Below are positions 1-9,626 of a DNA stretch of 64,000 nucleotides, piece by piece. Under the pieces are notes generated by a model that was not told the DNA's origin, did not search any database, and saw only the letters and a program-made list of their open reading frames with translations. The stretch is from an uncultured Nitrososphaerota archaeon. Lineage in GTDB: Archaea; Korarchaeota; Korarchaeia; Korarchaeales; Korarchaeaceae. The stretch lies in assembly GCA_964618805.1 (NCBI GenBank), contig CAZUBM010000001.1, positions 64,001 through 128,000 of the forward strand, in the 5' to 3' direction. Each line of letters opens with the position of its first letter. The stretch's first letter is position 1. A program made the translations under genes and the position numbers.

Positions 1-575
1 ATAAAAGGCATCTCTCTGAATGCCAAGTAGGTTGGTACATATGGGAACATTGTTTCCATTCTGATCGTCTTAACTTTGACGACAGCTAAGTTTGAGTCCA
101 CCACAACGCAAGCAGCGTGTCCAATCTCCAATTCTCCATTCCAATTATAGGCTACATCCACTCCAGCAGCTAGATCAATCCTATCTAATCGATCTTCTAG
201 AATAACTAGATTTTTCAGTTTTTTCTGTGCAAGCCTCATCCTTAGTAAAATCGGAGGAACTCTAATTTCATTGGCCTTAACCAAGAAACTATCCAAATTG
301 CAGACTTTATTGAATCTAATGGGAATTCCTTCCGATAGCAATAACTTGCGTTTTTGTTCAGCTTCTCTGCCCAAAGAACCGTCAGAAGCGACAAAACGAT
401 GCCATGGTCCTCCTCTTCTCTTTAAGTTTCTATGAATGCTAATTGCTACAGCTCTTGCAGCTCTCACATCTCCGAGAGCTTTTGCAACTTCGCCGAAAGT
501 AGTTACCTTCCCTCTGGGTATCTGTCCTGCAGCTTCGAAAATGAGTTTGTCAAAAATAGTTGGCGTTTGTATCAC
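1..575 (-). CDS. nfi: Alkyltransferase-like (ATL) domain fused to endonuclease V (partial, runs off the window's left edge)
   Basis: Not in the ORF track; translated by hand from GTG at 575 (within GAGGTG). IPRGKVTTFGEVAKALGDVRAARAV...GPWHRFVASDG is an AGT/ATL DNA-binding domain with Trp at the PCHR Cys position. It is followed by AGVDVAY and FPYVPTYLAFRE, which are EndoV motifs. Confidence 0.9.
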   Translation of the reverse strand, partial: MIQTPTIFDKLIFEAAGQIPRGKVTTFGEVAKALGDVRAARAVAISIHRNLKRRGGPWHRFVASDGSLGREAEQKRKLLLSEGIPIRFNKVCNLDSFLVKANEIRVPPILLRMRLAQKKLKNLVILEDRLDRIDLAAGVDVAYNWNGELEIGHAACVVVDSNLAVVKVKTIRMETMFPYVPTYLAFREMPF

Positions 576-611
576 CTCTTAAGAAAAGGTTGATATTGAG
601 CAATTGTCTTA

Positions 612-2477
612 GTGATATGCACATTGGGTATCATGAAATACTTTCCATATAAGGCAAGAGAAGGACAAGAAGAACTCATAGAACTCGTCCGAGAGGCCAC
701 AAAAAGGGGTAAAAATGTCTGTATTCATGCTCCAACAGGCTTTGGAAAGACTCCAGCTGTATTGGCAGCTTTGTTACCAATTTATCTCAGAGAGAAGAGG
801 AGAGGGGGAATAATTTGGGCAGTTAGAACAGGAAACGAGACCGATAGGCCAATAGAAGAGCTTAGAGTAATCTGCGAACATGTAAATGAGAGCATATTTG
901 GTATTTCCTTTAGAGGAAAGGCAGATATGTGTCTCCAGGCTAAAGAGCTCGAAATCAAAGGATACGAAGCTGTATCCAACCTCTGTAAGCTGAAAAAACG
1001 GGAATGTCCCTTCTACAAAAGGACAAAATTAAGGGAGGAAATGCTTGAAATGGGTCCGCTCCTGTTTACGGATGTCCTTGAACTAGCATCGTCAGAAAAC
1101 ATGTGTCCTTATTATCTACAGCTCGAACTTCTAAAGTTTGCTAAGGTAGTGAGCCTAAGTTATAATTATGTGCTCAGCCCTATGGGATGGATTGTCAGGA
1201 GAAGATTTCCCTTTACCTTTTCAACGCTGGTTGTGGATGAGGCCCATAATCTTGTTGATGCGGTGAGAAATCTGTACTCTGATAGAATAAGCACCGAAAC
1301 TGTTAGAAGGGCCATAAGAGAGCTTGATGAATTAGGAAGGTTCGTCTCCGAAAAAGTAAAGGGTGTCCTTGAAAGGCTATCTGAAGTTTTAGAAGGTTTC
1401 TCTCTTTCTACAGAAGAAGAAAGTACGTTTCAACCCTTAGACTTAATGAGAGACTCAGGGATTAAAACCGAGCACATAAAACTCATGCTTAGCTTGGGTT
1501 CGAAGATCCAAGCTAAAAGGGTCGAGGAAGGCAAGGTTCCTAGGTCCTCCCTTCATCATCTCGCAAGGTTCTTTGTTCTCGCGTTAGATAGGTTGGGAAC
1601 TAATGGAATTGCTTATTTAGCCACGAGAGAGAGGAACAGGCTCTATCTAGAGGTTTGGGATATGAGAAGCGCAGAACTCCTGTCAGGAGTGTGGGGAGAG
1701 TTCAGAAATTGCATCTTTATGTCTGGAACTCTAGCACCTCTTGAGGCCTTTGCAGAGACGTCTGGAGTACAGAACTGTATCGGCAGGGTATTTCCATCAC
1801 CTGCAGATCTTAACAAGATAAAAAGCTTTATTCTAACTGGATTATCCACTAAAGGGGAAATACTTGATGAAGAAAACACAGAGAAGTATGCTCTCGCTAT
1901 AAGAGTATTTCTAGAGAGAGTGAAGGGAAACATAGCGATCTTTACGGCGAGCTACAGAATTCAGAACGATTTGATGCCTTATATATTAGATTCTGTGCTA
2001 GATTGTGATAGAGAGCTTTTTGTGGAAAAAGAAGGCATGAAAGGTGAGGAAGCTAGGAATTTGCTCTTAAGTTTTAAGAGCGCCGGTGGGAAAGGAGTTT
2101 TAGTAGCACCAGTAAGAGGACGATTTGCCGAGGGAGCAGACTTTCCAGGAGAAGAGCTGGTTGGAGCCTTTATAGCTGGAGTCCCTTTTGCAAGGCTTAC
2201 GCTTAGAACAAAACTAGATGTGGAGTACAACCAGAAGATCTATGGACAGAGGAAAGGGATGTACTATGCATACATAGTACCTGCTATGAGAATGGCATCT
2301 CAAGCTTTAGGTAGGGTGATAAGGTCTTCTGAGGATTATGGTACCTTTATCTTAGGTGATGAAAGGTTCTTGAGACCAGAACTCATGAAGTTGCTCCCAG
2401 ATTTCATAAGACAGACAGCCAAAGTTGTGAACTACCTTAAATTTTCAGAAGTTCTTGAATCTGAATTCAGCACGTAA
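612..2477 (+). CDS. xpd: XPD/Rad3-family Fe-S 5'-3' DNA helicase
   Basis: Q-motif FPYKAREGQ, Walker A APTGFGKT, four Fe-S Cys (MCL..LCK..ECPF..MCPYY), DEAH, SGT, QALGRVIRS. True start is probably the ATG at 633. Confidence 0.92.
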   Translation: MICTLGIMKYFPYKAREGQEELIELVREATKRGKNVCIHAPTGFGKTPAVLAALLPIYLREKRRGGIIWAVRTGNETDRPIEELRVICEHVNESIFGISFRGKADMCLQAKELEIKGYEAVSNLCKLKKRECPFYKRTKLREEMLEMGPLLFTDVLELASSENMCPYYLQLELLKFAKVVSLSYNYVLSPMGWIVRRRFPFTFSTLVVDEAHNLVDAVRNLYSDRISTETVRRAIRELDELGRFVSEKVKGVLERLSEVLEGFSLSTEEESTFQPLDLMRDSGIKTEHIKLMLSLGSKIQAKRVEEGKVPRSSLHHLARFFVLALDRLGTNGIAYLATRERNRLYLEVWDMRSAELLSGVWGEFRNCIFMSGTLAPLEAFAETSGVQNCIGRVFPSPADLNKIKSFILTGLSTKGEILDEENTEKYALAIRVFLERVKGNIAIFTASYRIQNDLMPYILDSVLDCDRELFVEKEGMKGEEARNLLLSFKSAGGKGVLVAPVRGRFAEGADFPGEELVGAFIAGVPFARLTLRTKLDVEYNQKIYGQRKGMYYAYIVPAMRMASQALGRVIRSSEDYGTFILGDERFLRPELMKLLPDFIRQTAKVVNYLKFSEVLESEFST

Positions 2478-2817
2478 GATGCAATGCCGCAGAGACGATC
2501 TGTTTTTCTGATAACTCATTAAATGTTTTACAAGCTTTGGCGGTTCTTTCTATGATTGTTTTTATTCCCTTTCCTTCCAAGAACTTTATTGTCTTCTCAG
2601 GAACTCTCATAAGACCAGAATATCCTGTACCAATAACTAAAACTGCTGGAGGATCGTTCAATATAATCTCTAAATCATCAGGTACCAAGTTGTGGCCCTC
2701 CTTTCTCCACCAATTTGCATAAACTTTTCCTCTATGTATTATAACGTCTTTTGTGTACTCACAACCGCTTATCTTTATCCTTCCAAATTCATACTCTTCT
2801 ATAATAGGCCTAATCAT
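2467..2817 (-). CDS. Mth938-like (DUF498) protein
   Basis: YEFGRIKI, VLVIGTG, AC..FN, C-terminal AALHLTC signature. Confidence 0.88.
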   Translation of the reverse strand: MIRPIIEEYEFGRIKISGCEYTKDVIIHRGKVYANWWRKEGHNLVPDDLEIILNDPPAVLVIGTGYSGLMRVPEKTIKFLEGKGIKTIIERTAKACKTFNELSEKQIVSAALHLTC

Positions 2818-2900
2818 TTCTTGATGCCTATTTTGCTAGTAAGCAATAAAGATAAATAAATTAGTTCGACACTTGTTTCTTAGGAAGGAGCGGTCTATAC

Positions 2901-3533
2901 ATGCAGATACCGTTGGTCTCCCAATTAAGGGAGATAATTCATCGAATTGCTGGCACACTAGAGAGGTTCCGTAGTTATGTTGAAATGTGGAGAGCTGAAG
3001 GGATAATCCGCAGGTACATGGGGGCTAATGCTTTCGATGGGGCCATGACTACACTTGGAATTCTCATAGGTGCATATATTACTGGAAGTCTAGATCCTGC
3101 CATAATTGTTGGGATAACTATCAGCACGGGAATAGCTCTAGGAACCTCTGGTATCTTTGCTGTATACTTGATAGAATCTGCAGAGAGGCAGAAGAGGCTA
3201 GAGGAGCTGGAATCAGCTGTTCTAATTGATCTTCAGGACACTTTATTGGCAAAAGCTAGTAAGTTCGTTTCATCCCTCACCGCCTTTGTGGATGGGATTG
3301 CTCCGGTCATTGTAGCGTTAATAGGTATTTCGCCATTCTTAATATGCTTAAAGAAGCCTTATCCTGTCGAGTATGCTGCCTTTTTCTCTTTAATAATAAT
3401 CTTTGCTACATTATTTGGTCTTGGCTACATGATAGGGGCAGGCAACTTGAGACAACGGTCGATATATGGTGTAAAGATGCTTATAGCAGGCATCATTGCA
3501 ACCATCCTTTCAATTCTGTTAAAACAGGCATAA
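2901..3533 (+). CDS. VIT1/CCC1-family membrane protein (TIGR00267-like)
   Basis: RRY..ANAFDGAMTTLG, YLIESAER, multiple TM helices. Confidence 0.8.
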   Translation: MQIPLVSQLREIIHRIAGTLERFRSYVEMWRAEGIIRRYMGANAFDGAMTTLGILIGAYITGSLDPAIIVGITISTGIALGTSGIFAVYLIESAERQKRLEELESAVLIDLQDTLLAKASKFVSSLTAFVDGIAPVIVALIGISPFLICLKKPYPVEYAAFFSLIIIFATLFGLGYMIGAGNLRQRSIYGVKMLIAGIIATILSILLKQA

Positions 3534-3596
3534 GCAGCTTTAACCTCTCATGACAAAAAATCAGCATCATTTTTAACTAACTTTTTTGAAAGCTTC

Positions 3597-4808
3597 TTGA
3601 TAGCCTTGCAACGCAAGTTCTACGTAGTTACGGAAGATGAGATAAAAGAGGGAAAGGTAGTTGATATCTATTTTCTAAGAACATTGAAAACTATGAAGAA
3701 ACTTGGAATAAGCAAGAAAAGAGTGGTAGCAGAGATAGCAGCAAGGTCCCTTCCTAAGTCTAGAATACCACCCCACGATCCTTGGAAATGGGGCATTCTT
3801 GCTGGCGTCGAGGAAGTTGTGAAGCTTCTTGAGGGAAAAGATGTTGACCTTTATTCTCTCCCAGACGGAAGCCTTTTTCACCCAAAAATCCCGGTTATGA
3901 GGATAGAGGGTCCTTATGAGGAATTTGGAGCTTTAGAGACTAGTATACTCGGATTTCTATGTTCCTTATCTGGTGTGGCCAGCGCAGCTGCACATGTAAA
4001 GATCGCGGCAGGTGGAAAACCAGTAATCAATTTTGGGATAAGAAGAAACCACCCTGCAATTTCCTTGGCGATAGAAAGGGCTAGCATAGTTGGAGGATGC
4101 GATGGCTGTTCAGGGATCTTGGTTAAAGAATTAGGATTCACACCTGTTGGGACTATGCCCCATGCACTAATGGTAATAGCTGGTGATCAGGTTACTGCTT
4201 GGAAAGCCTTCGATGAGGCCATGCCAGAAGAAGTTCCAAGAATAGCCTTAGTGGATACCTTCTACGACGAAAAAACTGAAGCTATAATGGCAGCAGAGGC
4301 CCTAAAGGGAAAGCTAGCAGGTGTTAGACTGGACACTCCCAAATCAAGAAGGGGGGATATGGAGGAGATAATAAGGGAGGTAAGGTGGGAACTTGATCTG
4401 AGAGGCTATAAGAACGTCAAAATATTCCTGTCTGGAGGTCTAGATGAGTACAGTGTCCTAAGATATGCAAAAGCCGGTGCTGATGCTTTTGGAGTTGGTA
4501 CAAGAATAACTGGGGCCGATCCCATAGATTTCGGAATGGATGTCGTTGAAGTTGAGGGTAATCCTATTGCTAAGAGAGGTATATGTTCTGGAAGTAAGGA
4601 TCTCTTCAGGTGTCCTGAGTGTTTAACCTATTCAATCACACCAAAGGGCGAGCAGGCTCCAGTTTGCAATAGGTGCGGGATTAAGATGAAGCCAGCGTAT
4701 GTTAAGATGCTTGAAAAAGGAAAAGTGCTGGTTGATTTTGAGGCAGTCTCAAAGCTAAGGGAGAGGACTCTCTCCCAGTTGAGAAAGCTTGGGCTGTTGA
4801 AATCTTAA
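3597..4808 (+). CDS. pncB: Nicotinate phosphoribosyltransferase
   Basis: DIYF, FGIRR.HP, GTMPHAL, ALVDT, GVRLDTP, SGGLDE, FGVGT; C-terminal Cys motif as in archaeal members. Confidence 0.92.
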   Translation: MIALQRKFYVVTEDEIKEGKVVDIYFLRTLKTMKKLGISKKRVVAEIAARSLPKSRIPPHDPWKWGILAGVEEVVKLLEGKDVDLYSLPDGSLFHPKIPVMRIEGPYEEFGALETSILGFLCSLSGVASAAAHVKIAAGGKPVINFGIRRNHPAISLAIERASIVGGCDGCSGILVKELGFTPVGTMPHALMVIAGDQVTAWKAFDEAMPEEVPRIALVDTFYDEKTEAIMAAEALKGKLAGVRLDTPKSRRGDMEEIIREVRWELDLRGYKNVKIFLSGGLDEYSVLRYAKAGADAFGVGTRITGADPIDFGMDVVEVEGNPIAKRGICSGSKDLFRCPECLTYSITPKGEQAPVCNRCGIKMKPAYVKMLEKGKVLVDFEAVSKLRERTLSQLRKLGLLKS

Positions 4809-4859
4809 AAACAACCTATAAATATTAAGGAAACGGACCTGACACTCATAGGGTTAGGT

Positions 4860-6704
4860 ATGATAGAGATTCGAATTTCGAAGATTGTCGCCTTAATCTC
4901 TATAATTTCAATTCTGCTAACTTTATCGATTCCCATAGTAGGAACTGCGATAAGTGCAACGCCAGACTCGGTCTTACCATTCCCAGATTATCATACAGAT
5001 CCCTTAAACGGCATCTTATATCCTCGCTTAGGAACTCCTGCATTTGTGATCTATAATGGGGAAATGGATATCTACGCGAAAAAGGAACTTATCGGTTCTG
5101 AGCCAAGCGTATACCTCAGATCGCTTTTCACAGAAGGCTATGAGTATGCCTTGGAAGTCGCTGCTACCGAGGATGTTGGGGAAGGAGTGCTTAAGATAAC
5201 TGTGAAAGTGCCAGAAGGGATCCCAGAAGGTCTTTTCAATCTAACTGTCAAGAGCTGGAGTATTGAATTGACAGAACCTAACGCAGTGTACGTCTTTGGT
5301 CAAAAATATCCAGAAAAATTGAATGTAATCCACATAACAGACACTCATTATGGAGTAAGGAGGAAGGCAAAACTTCTAAAGAATCAAGAACTGTTCAGAC
5401 AACTCATCGCTCTAGTAAACGGTCTAAGACCTGATATAATGGTTCATACAGGAGATCTTATCGATGGAATTGTGAAAGCAGATGAAGAAGATCCATTCAA
5501 GAGCATGTATCAAGACCTAGTCAGGTTAAGGGTTCCTCTAATAGTGGTACAGGGTAACAACGATAATACTGCAGTTGAGAAGGGATCTTACTTCTGGGAG
5601 AAGTACTTTGGTCCCCTTTATGGGGTTGTTAAGTTTGGAAACTACAGTTTCTTCCTTTTAGATGCCGATACTGGAAGAGTTCAGCCAGAACAGATCTCTT
5701 GGCTCGATAAGAGGATTAAACTGTACAAAGATGTGCCGGTTAAAGTCCTAATGATACACTATCCATATCACGCAGAGGAACTGGGATACTTCCACAAGGA
5801 AAAGGGTTTTGTAAGCATAGTTCCCAACATAACTAACTGGCTGAAGAGCTACAAGTTTAGTCTTGTACTAATGGGTCACTGGCACGTCGATAACATCACA
5901 AGACCTCCCCAAGTACCAGCTTTGAGCATCGTAAGCAATGCGGGGCAATACGATGACGTGGATGATTATGGTCATTATAGACCAATGACAATATGGGCTG
6001 ATGGAAGTGTTAATTTCATAAATCCAGCTCCGTCCATAGCAACGTTGTCTGTAAAGTACTTGCAGAGCTATGATGGATCGACGACAGGAGTCTCTGTGAT
6101 TGCGACTAATAAGGGGACCAGCGAAGTAAACCTGATCCTTCCAGTAGTCTTATCGAAGTACCGGGAGAGCCCTAGTATCGAAAACGCTGAGATCTTACGT
6201 TCTTATAGTCACAAAGGCAAGGGAATATACGAATTAGGGGTTTCAGTATCTCCAGGCGAGGAACTACTCGTTAAAATATACGTTGAGAAGGATACAAGAG
6301 CTCCTAGCATAGTTATAGAGCCAGAGTTGAAAGATGAGATAATAACTCTCTGGTACGAGGCTGTAGATGAAGGATTAGGAGTTAAAGAGGTCAGACTCTT
6401 TTATTCTTCAAATAACAAGACATGGACGGAGATTAAGCCTGAGTTTGAGGCAGGATATCCTCTGTATAGATTTAAAGCAACTGCTGGAACGATGTATTAT
6501 AAGGCATTGGTTGAGGATGTAGCGGGAAACAAAGCTGAGACTTATGGGACCATAGAGATTCCTTCTTTAAAACCTACTGAAACTGCCACACCTACACCTG
6601 CACCCACAAAGCCGTCAAGAGAAGGAATACCTGCATCTTACTTAGCTCTAGCCGTAGTCGGAATTGTCGTTATTATAGCTGCTATTTTGTTCAAGAGGAG
6701 GTAA
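4860..6704 (+). CDS. Secreted, C-terminally anchored calcineurin-like metallophosphoesterase (paralog 1)
   Basis: Signal peptide; DTH, TGDLID, GNND, HYP, GHWH; Pro/Thr linker, TM helix and KRR tail. Confidence 0.85.
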   Translation: MIEIRISKIVALISIISILLTLSIPIVGTAISATPDSVLPFPDYHTDPLNGILYPRLGTPAFVIYNGEMDIYAKKELIGSEPSVYLRSLFTEGYEYALEVAATEDVGEGVLKITVKVPEGIPEGLFNLTVKSWSIELTEPNAVYVFGQKYPEKLNVIHITDTHYGVRRKAKLLKNQELFRQLIALVNGLRPDIMVHTGDLIDGIVKADEEDPFKSMYQDLVRLRVPLIVVQGNNDNTAVEKGSYFWEKYFGPLYGVVKFGNYSFFLLDADTGRVQPEQISWLDKRIKLYKDVPVKVLMIHYPYHAEELGYFHKEKGFVSIVPNITNWLKSYKFSLVLMGHWHVDNITRPPQVPALSIVSNAGQYDDVDDYGHYRPMTIWADGSVNFINPAPSIATLSVKYLQSYDGSTTGVSVIATNKGTSEVNLILPVVLSKYRESPSIENAEILRSYSHKGKGIYELGVSVSPGEELLVKIYVEKDTRAPSIVIEPELKDEIITLWYEAVDEGLGVKEVRLFYSSNNKTWTEIKPEFEAGYPLYRFKATAGTMYYKALVEDVAGNKAETYGTIEIPSLKPTETATPTPAPTKPSREGIPASYLALAVVGIVVIIAAILFKRR

Positions 6705-6706
6705 AG

Positions 6707-8443
6707 ATGCAGAAAAAGTACCTCCTTCTCTTATTTTTTCTTCTTCTTTCACCTCTCGGATTGATTGGAATAAATAAGAATGCTCAACCCGTAAACAGAA
6801 TTCTTCTACCGAGAATAGGTTTTCCGGCATTTATAGAACCAGATTCATCATTTGAAGTAGTTGTAGCTGGAAAATTTAGTGAGATAAGGGCTCAAATCGA
6901 GAACGAGTTAAGCACCTATGAACTAGTCGTGGAAAACATATCATATAATATCTCCGAAAACCTAACGTATCTCACTCTTCATGCAGGAGAAATTGAACCT
7001 GGACTATATTCTCTCATCCTAGAGGCAGAAAATGTGATAATGAAGGAACCTAATTGCGTTTCAGTTAAGGAGGATTGGAAACTGCCACTAACGGTGTTTT
7101 GGATCTCAGATACCCATTATGACAATAGAAAGGGCCAACTACATCTTGCAGCAAGATTTAGAAAGCATATATGGACCATAAATTTCTTTTCTCCGGATTT
7201 TGCAATACTTACAGGAGATGTTTGTAATAACCCGCCAGAAAGCCTATTTATTGGAGTCTATCACGAGCTTATGAACCTCCAGAGCCCAATAATCTTGATT
7301 CCTGGAAATCACGATCATAGCATAAAAGGAGATTTCTTCACCAAGTATCTAGCTCCCTCCAACACTAGCTTAAACGTCGGCCCAGTTCACATAATGTGCC
7401 TGGATACAGGACCGGGATCTCTTAGCGGGAACATAACGAAAGATCAACTAGATTGGCTTGCTGAGGATCTCGAATCAGCTTCAGAAAAACCTGTAAAGAT
7501 ATTACTAATCCATCATCCCCTTTTTACTATATGGAACACCACCGAAGTTACCGTAGAAAAGATAGTGGATATTCTAGTTAGGCACAACGTAACAATGGTT
7601 CTATCTGGACATATGCATGAAAGCTATGTGTTTGAAGAACCCATTCTGCTTATAACGAATCCAAATTCATATGGGCATGGGGTTGGGAGAGCGTTACCTG
7701 GTTTCAGGATCTTTAATATAACTCCCTCGGCTGAAATTAAATGGCTAAAGAGCCTTTATGAACCGATATATCTTGAAGAGTTTAATATACTGGTCTTCCA
7801 GGCAAACGACGGGAAAGCAAAAGGTTTCTCGGCATACTTGTATAATGGCCTGCCAATGAATATATCTGGAACGTTTAGGGTGAAGCTTGCCACTGCTGAT
7901 TTCCTAGAGGTAGAAGGAGCAATAATTAACCGGGTTAACAGGACAAGGGATGGAAAATATTTAGTCACACTTAAAGTCGAAGTTGAACCTAAACAAGAGA
8001 AGCTAGTAAAGTTGTGGTCAAAGAAGGATGCGGACCCACCATACTATGTTGAGTTAGCTAAAAGCATCATTTACGGGGCAAATGCCAATGTGATCTGGGT
8101 AAACATTACCGCTAAAGATGAAGTTCTGGGAGTTAAGAACGTAACACTAAAGTATAGCAGTGATAACAAGACTTGGAACCAAGTTCAACTACTTAGGCTT
8201 AATGAAACTCTATTTACCGGGTGCTTTCAGGTTCCAAAGAACGTTTCTATAGTCTATTATATCATAGAAGCAAAAGATGTTGAAGGAATGGTCGGTCTTA
8301 AGCGAGGAGAGATCCAATTCTTTCCAGAAAAAGTTAGAGAAGAGGAAGCACAGCCAATGTTTGGGATGCAGAGACTCATTATTGTTTTAGCATTCACCTT
8401 GATCATTCTGATCATTGTAATAGCATGGGTGAGGAGAAGATAG
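6707..8443 (+). CDS. Secreted, C-terminally anchored calcineurin-like metallophosphoesterase (paralog 2)
   Basis: Signal peptide; DTH, TGDVCN, GNHD, HHP, GHMH; C-terminal TM plus RRR. Same architecture as the upstream gene (PRxGxPAF, EPNxV, YSSxNKTW). Confidence 0.85.
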   Translation: MQKKYLLLLFFLLLSPLGLIGINKNAQPVNRILLPRIGFPAFIEPDSSFEVVVAGKFSEIRAQIENELSTYELVVENISYNISENLTYLTLHAGEIEPGLYSLILEAENVIMKEPNCVSVKEDWKLPLTVFWISDTHYDNRKGQLHLAARFRKHIWTINFFSPDFAILTGDVCNNPPESLFIGVYHELMNLQSPIILIPGNHDHSIKGDFFTKYLAPSNTSLNVGPVHIMCLDTGPGSLSGNITKDQLDWLAEDLESASEKPVKILLIHHPLFTIWNTTEVTVEKIVDILVRHNVTMVLSGHMHESYVFEEPILLITNPNSYGHGVGRALPGFRIFNITPSAEIKWLKSLYEPIYLEEFNILVFQANDGKAKGFSAYLYNGLPMNISGTFRVKLATADFLEVEGAIINRVNRTRDGKYLVTLKVEVEPKQEKLVKLWSKKDADPPYYVELAKSIIYGANANVIWVNITAKDEVLGVKNVTLKYSSDNKTWNQVQLLRLNETLFTGCFQVPKNVSIVYYIIEAKDVEGMVGLKRGEIQFFPEKVREEEAQPMFGMQRLIIVLAFTLIILIIVIAWVRRR

Positions 8444-8528
8444 CAACCGATCGAAGTTCTATAAAAAACCCGCGAGAAGTTTTCAACCTCGTAAATTTTA
8501 ATAATAATGCGCCTAGAAATCATCTCAA

Positions 8529-9548
8529 GTGATAAAAATGAAGAGGAGCATTGCTCTGTTTTTAATTGCCGCGTTAATAGCACCCATCATCGTATTCGGC
8601 ATAAGTGCACAGGATCAAAAAGTGGTTGGGATAGATATCACTCCAGGTAGGGTCAAAGACCTTGAGACTGAGTGGGGCCAGAAAAACCTACGTTGGCTAG
8701 AAGGGAACCTAACAGCTGCAGGTTTTCAGATAAAGGAGATCACTGAAATCACTCCGGAGGTCTTGAAAGGTGTTGATGCCCTTATCATAGGGAAGCTTTA
8801 TGATTACAAAAGTGTTTTCTCAGATGCCGAGATAGAAGCGATAAAGAATTGGTTCCTAGAAGGCGGCAAGTTCATTTGGGTTGGAGCGGATAGTGACTAT
8901 ACAGAACCATATCTAAATCCGGATGACATTTCCTTTAAAGCAGGTGAGCCAAATAGGATTCTTGAGGCTATAGGTTCAAGCTTAAGGCTTGAATATGCCT
9001 CTTTAGAGGATCCAACTTGTAACATAGGTGCTGCATACAGAGTAAAGAGCTACGAGGCAAATACAGCAGGTTTTGCAGCAGAAATAACGAAGGAAGCTCC
9101 CGTTGTAATGTTCCATGGACCAACATTCGTAATCGGTTTCAAGAACGGTCAGTATGTCCCATTCAGTGAGGTAGAAGGTCCAAACGTGGTCTGGCTATAC
9201 AGATCTAGCCCTGATGGTACTGTCGTCAGCCATGACGGTGTTGATCCAAAGGCACACAGCGTAGGTGAAACCGGACAATTCGTTGAGGCCGCGGCTGAGA
9301 TAATAAGCCTGGGCACGTTTAAGCCAAAGGGCAAGGTAATAGTTACAGGAGAGTCATTGCTTGGAGACAGGTTCATAGGCACTCCAGAGTATCACGGAGA
9401 ATCATTGCAAGGCATGACCTTCATAATAAACGCGTTTATTTGGGGAACAACGGTAGAGGGACCAGCAATTAGCTTGCCCATGCTGATAGCTATAATCGTA
9501 ATAATCATAATAATCATAGTTGCAGTCATCGTTTTGAGAAGGAAGTGA
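8529..9548 (+). CDS. Surface-anchored protein with a class I GATase-like/DUF4350-like domain
   Basis: Signal peptide, LKGVDALIIG...FSDAEIEAIKNWFLEGGKFIWVGADSD, C-terminal poly-Ile TM plus RRK. Confidence 0.6.
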   Translation: MIKMKRSIALFLIAALIAPIIVFGISAQDQKVVGIDITPGRVKDLETEWGQKNLRWLEGNLTAAGFQIKEITEITPEVLKGVDALIIGKLYDYKSVFSDAEIEAIKNWFLEGGKFIWVGADSDYTEPYLNPDDISFKAGEPNRILEAIGSSLRLEYASLEDPTCNIGAAYRVKSYEANTAGFAAEITKEAPVVMFHGPTFVIGFKNGQYVPFSEVEGPNVVWLYRSSPDGTVVSHDGVDPKAHSVGETGQFVEAAAEIISLGTFKPKGKVIVTGESLLGDRFIGTPEYHGESLQGMTFIINAFIWGTTVEGPAISLPMLIAIIVIIIIIIVAVIVLRRK

Positions 9549-9626
9549 TCCCTTCCCCCTCTCTTTTTTATTCAAAATCTTTTTAAGAGCTCCTGCTTAC
9601 ACATTTGTTTGAAGGAGTAAGAATAG

